This document shows, one piece after another, positions 39,975 through 42,871 of a stretch of 42,871 bases of DNA (the first letter of the stretch is position 1; the number at the start of each line of letters is the position of its first letter). This DNA is from Muribaculaceae bacterium (GTDB lineage Bacteria; Bacteroidota; Bacteroidia; Bacteroidales; Muribaculaceae), in NCBI GenBank assembly GCA_029056365.1, contig JAIDBM010000064.1, positions 1-42,871 of the forward strand, given 5' to 3'. The notes under the pieces were generated by a model, which did no database searches, had not been told where the DNA came from, and saw only the letters and a list, made by a program, of their open reading frames with translations. The position numbers and the translations under genes were made by a program.

Positions 39975-41654
39975 ATGAAATTTATACATCTGCTTGCCGC
40001 TGCTATGGCCATATCGGCAGTATCATGCAGCGAAAGAGTGAAAGTGACCGCCGACTATCAGGTGGTTCCCCTACCGCAAACAATCACTGAAACAGCCGGT
40101 GAACAGGCTTTTGTACTTAATCCGGATACCCGCATCGTGGCAACCGACAGCTCCATGACTTCGAATGCCGAACTGCTCGCCGGTTACATTGCCCGCATGA
40201 ACGGTTTCACTCCCGAAATCACATCCGACACTCCCGGCGACAACTACATTATACTCAACGCCAACCTTGACAACGTGAACAAAGAAGCTTATGAGATTAA
40301 TGTCAGTTCCAGTCACATTGCCATAAACGGTGCCTCGCCGGCCGGCACTTTCTACGGCATCCAGACAATACGCAAGTCGATTCCAGGCAACTCAGGTAAC
40401 TGCGATGTTGTATTCAGTCCCGCTACAATTTCCGATGCCCCGCGTTTCAGCTACCGGGGAGCACACTTCGACTCATCACGCCATTTCTTTGACGCAGATT
40501 CCATAAAGATATTCATCGACATGCTGGCGCTCCACAACATCAACCACATGCACTGGCATCTGACCGACGACCAGGGTTGGCGCGTTGAAATCAACCGCCG
40601 GCCCGAACTTACAAGAACCGGCTCGATGCGTGCCGGTACTATCATAGGCCACGGAGGCCCCGATAACAACAGCTTCGACAGCATTCCTTACGGCGGATAC
40701 TACACACAGGAACAAATACGCGACATTGTGGATTACGCTTCACGCCGCCACATTACAATCGTACCCGAAATTGATCTTCCCGGCCACATGCAGGCGGCCC
40801 TTGCAAGCTATCCCGAGCTTGGCTGTACAGGCGGACCATACGAAGTATGGCAACGGTGGGGCATTTCCGATGATGTTCTTTGCGCCGGCAACGACAGCAT
40901 ATATGCTTTTATCGATGATGTGCTGGATGAAATAACTGAATTGTTCCCGTCGGAATACATCCACATCGGAGGCGACGAATGTCCGAAAGTCCGCTGGGAG
41001 AAGTGTCCCAAATGTCAGGCCCGCATACGCCAGCTTGGTCTGCGCGACAATGAACACGGCACCGCCGAACAGCAGCTCCAGAGCCATGTAATGCGTCATG
41101 CCACGGAATTCCTCACTCAACGTGGCCGCAAAGTCATAGGCTGGGACGAGATTCTTGAAGGGGGTATCACTCCTGATGCCATAGTAATGTCGTGGCGGGG
41201 CACCGAGGGAGGCAAGGCTGCCGCCGAAGCCGGTCACGATGCCATCATGACTCCTTCGCAGTATCTCTACTTCGACTTCGTACAGAGCGACGACAGAGAG
41301 TCGGAACCTCTTGGTGCAAGCTGGGGCGATCCCGTTACTGTTGAGCTTGTATACTCCTACGAACCTGTTCCTGAAAACCTAACTCCCGAACAAGCCGCAC
41401 ATATAATCGGTGTGCAGGCAAATCTCTGGACCGAATATGTGCCCACAATGCGCCACGCCCAGTATATGGAGCTTCCGCGATTAGGCGCCCTTGCCGAAGT
41501 TCAGTGGAGCAATGCCGCAAAAGATTATCCGGCATTCCTGCAGCGACTCAAGCGTCTTGCCTCAATATACGATGCCGAGGGATACAATTATGCCCGACAC
41601 GCATTCGAAACAAAGAATGAAGATTGCGCGAACGAAACCCAGACGGCTCAATAG
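39975..41654 (+). CDS. GH20 beta-N-acetylhexosaminidase lipoprotein
   Basis: DAPRFSYRG, DSSRHF, HWHLTDDQGWR, PEIDLPGH, catalytic HIGGDE, GVQANLWTEY. Confidence 0.95.
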   Translation: MKFIHLLAAAMAISAVSCSERVKVTADYQVVPLPQTITETAGEQAFVLNPDTRIVATDSSMTSNAELLAGYIARMNGFTPEITSDTPGDNYIILNANLDNVNKEAYEINVSSSHIAINGASPAGTFYGIQTIRKSIPGNSGNCDVVFSPATISDAPRFSYRGAHFDSSRHFFDADSIKIFIDMLALHNINHMHWHLTDDQGWRVEINRRPELTRTGSMRAGTIIGHGGPDNNSFDSIPYGGYYTQEQIRDIVDYASRRHITIVPEIDLPGHMQAALASYPELGCTGGPYEVWQRWGISDDVLCAGNDSIYAFIDDVLDEITELFPSEYIHIGGDECPKVRWEKCPKCQARIRQLGLRDNEHGTAEQQLQSHVMRHATEFLTQRGRKVIGWDEILEGGITPDAIVMSWRGTEGGKAAAEAGHDAIMTPSQYLYFDFVQSDDRESEPLGASWGDPVTVELVYSYEPVPENLTPEQAAHIIGVQANLWTEYVPTMRHAQYMELPRLGALAEVQWSNAAKDYPAFLQRLKRLASIYDAEGYNYARHAFETKNEDCANETQTAQ

Positions 41655-41670
41655 CCGATGACAAAACCAG

Positions 41671-41714
41671 TCAGGCTGTGTTCACCTCTGCTTCGCATTG
41701 TGAACACAGCCTGA
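41671..41714. terminator. Probable bidirectional terminator between convergent genes
   Basis: TCAGGCTGTGTTCAC (41671-41685) pairs with GTGAACACAGCCTGA (41700-41714). Confidence 0.7.
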
Positions 41715-41722
41715 TTGTTTAT

Positions 41723-42722
41723 CTATTCAGCTATTTTCGACATTCCCCATCTGTATACTTTATCTATAGCAAGGGTTTTGACATTGTATTTTAATGCCAG
41801 TTCCTTGATGAACCGTAGTCCGAAAGGAAAATCTTCTGTAAAATACCGGCTTCCGAAATCAGGAATCCATCCACCCGATACAGCCTTCATGGGTGACAGA
41901 ATGCCTTTAAAAGCATTTATCGATTTAATCTTTTTTGTAAGAGACGAAGCATCACTCGACTCATAATAATCTAATAGAGAGGGTATTACCCCCCCCCATT
42001 TTCATTTCATTCAATAATCCCATAAACTCTGTGTCCATGGCTATTAAAGTCTCGGAGGCATCATCAGTCCAGTCAGAGTAGAAATATCCTCGTTCCGGAT
42101 ATACCTCTCCTTGATAGTCTTTCCACATTGAATAGAGTCGACCGGTATGAAGTATCGGATTACTGTTGGTAAGAGATGCCTCATAGAAATTATCAAGAAG
42201 CTTTATCGGAGTGAGAAACAGTTTCTCAAGAGTCTGTCGAAGATATTCCGGATTGCTTGAATTCTCAATAGCTACATTCAGCGATTCCTTGTAACCCAAT
42301 AAATCTCCTGTTGTTCCGTATTCTCTCACTCTTGATATAAACGGCACCCTTTGGAATCCGAATAAAGCATATTGGCTTCCAAGTATTTCATGTGCAATGA
42401 AAAAGAAGCCTGTGCTTGATACTATGGAACCGATCACAGCATCGTCTCTCAGATATGGTTTGATATCCTCAAGTGTCTTCTCTATCAGATAGCCAGGAAC
42501 ACAAAGAAGTATAAGATCGCAACCTGGAATTACATCAGCAGCGCAATTGCTTACCAACGACAATTCTCCCGAATACTCCTTACCTACGCAATCATATACG
42601 GAAATTGTTTTTTTCCATTTATCAGGATGTCCGCTAAGAATATTGACGGTATGCTGCTGTGATGCAAATACTCCTGCACATACAATTCCAAGGCTTCCGC
42701 CGCCGCAAATACAAATTTTCAT
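41723..42722 (-). pseudogene. NAD/NADP octopine/nopaline dehydrogenase family gene, frameshifted at a G9 tract
   Basis: Rossmann ICICGGGSLG and NSNPILHTGRLY. The C-terminus VIPSLLDYYES..SRYFTEDFPFGL..IAE* continues in another frame after G9 (41989-41997). Confidence 0.8.
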
Positions 42723-42851
42723 TCTGTATATGACACAAGTTTTTTATCATTATCCATTACCCCATATGGGGTCGGCAACAAAGGTAATCAATTATTGGCT
42801 CAAGCCGAAATACCGGTGCATGAATTTTCCGAAAAGTGTTAAATTTGCAGT

Positions 42852-42871
42852 ATGAAAACCGCAGATGCAAT
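42852..42871 (+). CDS. Probable 5' end of a gene running off the window (MKTADA...)
   Basis: ATG 4 nt after TAAATTTG (42840-42847). Confidence 0.3.

Overview
This is a Bacteroidales chromosomal segment; gene content and TAnnTTTG promoters suggest Muribaculaceae (inferred, not proven). Housekeeping blocks are manC-like/cstA, pyrH-frr-HAD-ribF, nucleoside kinase/corA/pgi and coaX-OMP-lptC-CNNM-wzx. Two accessory modules lie among them. (1) About 7.5-16.6 kb is a largely AT-rich island encoding a candidate radical-SAM RiPP system. Its genes are a lipoprotein-TPR/TM/HTH regulator, a DUF3244-like protein, an 85-aa double-glycine precursor with a 60-aa 9-Cys core, a radical SAM/SPASM maturase, an outer-membrane barrel, a C39 peptidase ABC transporter and a 52-aa HlyD-like stub. 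A perfect 21-bp hairpin follows the precursor and tandem repeats close the island. (2) About 29.3-41.7 kb is a polysaccharide utilisation locus (XylR-type regulator, ROK kinase, CsxA-like GH2, SusC/SusD, lipoprotein, GH20) that points to chitin/chitosan-type amino-sugar glycans. The final opine-dehydrogenase-family gene is frameshifted in a G9 tract. All calls come from reading motifs by eye; no searches were run.
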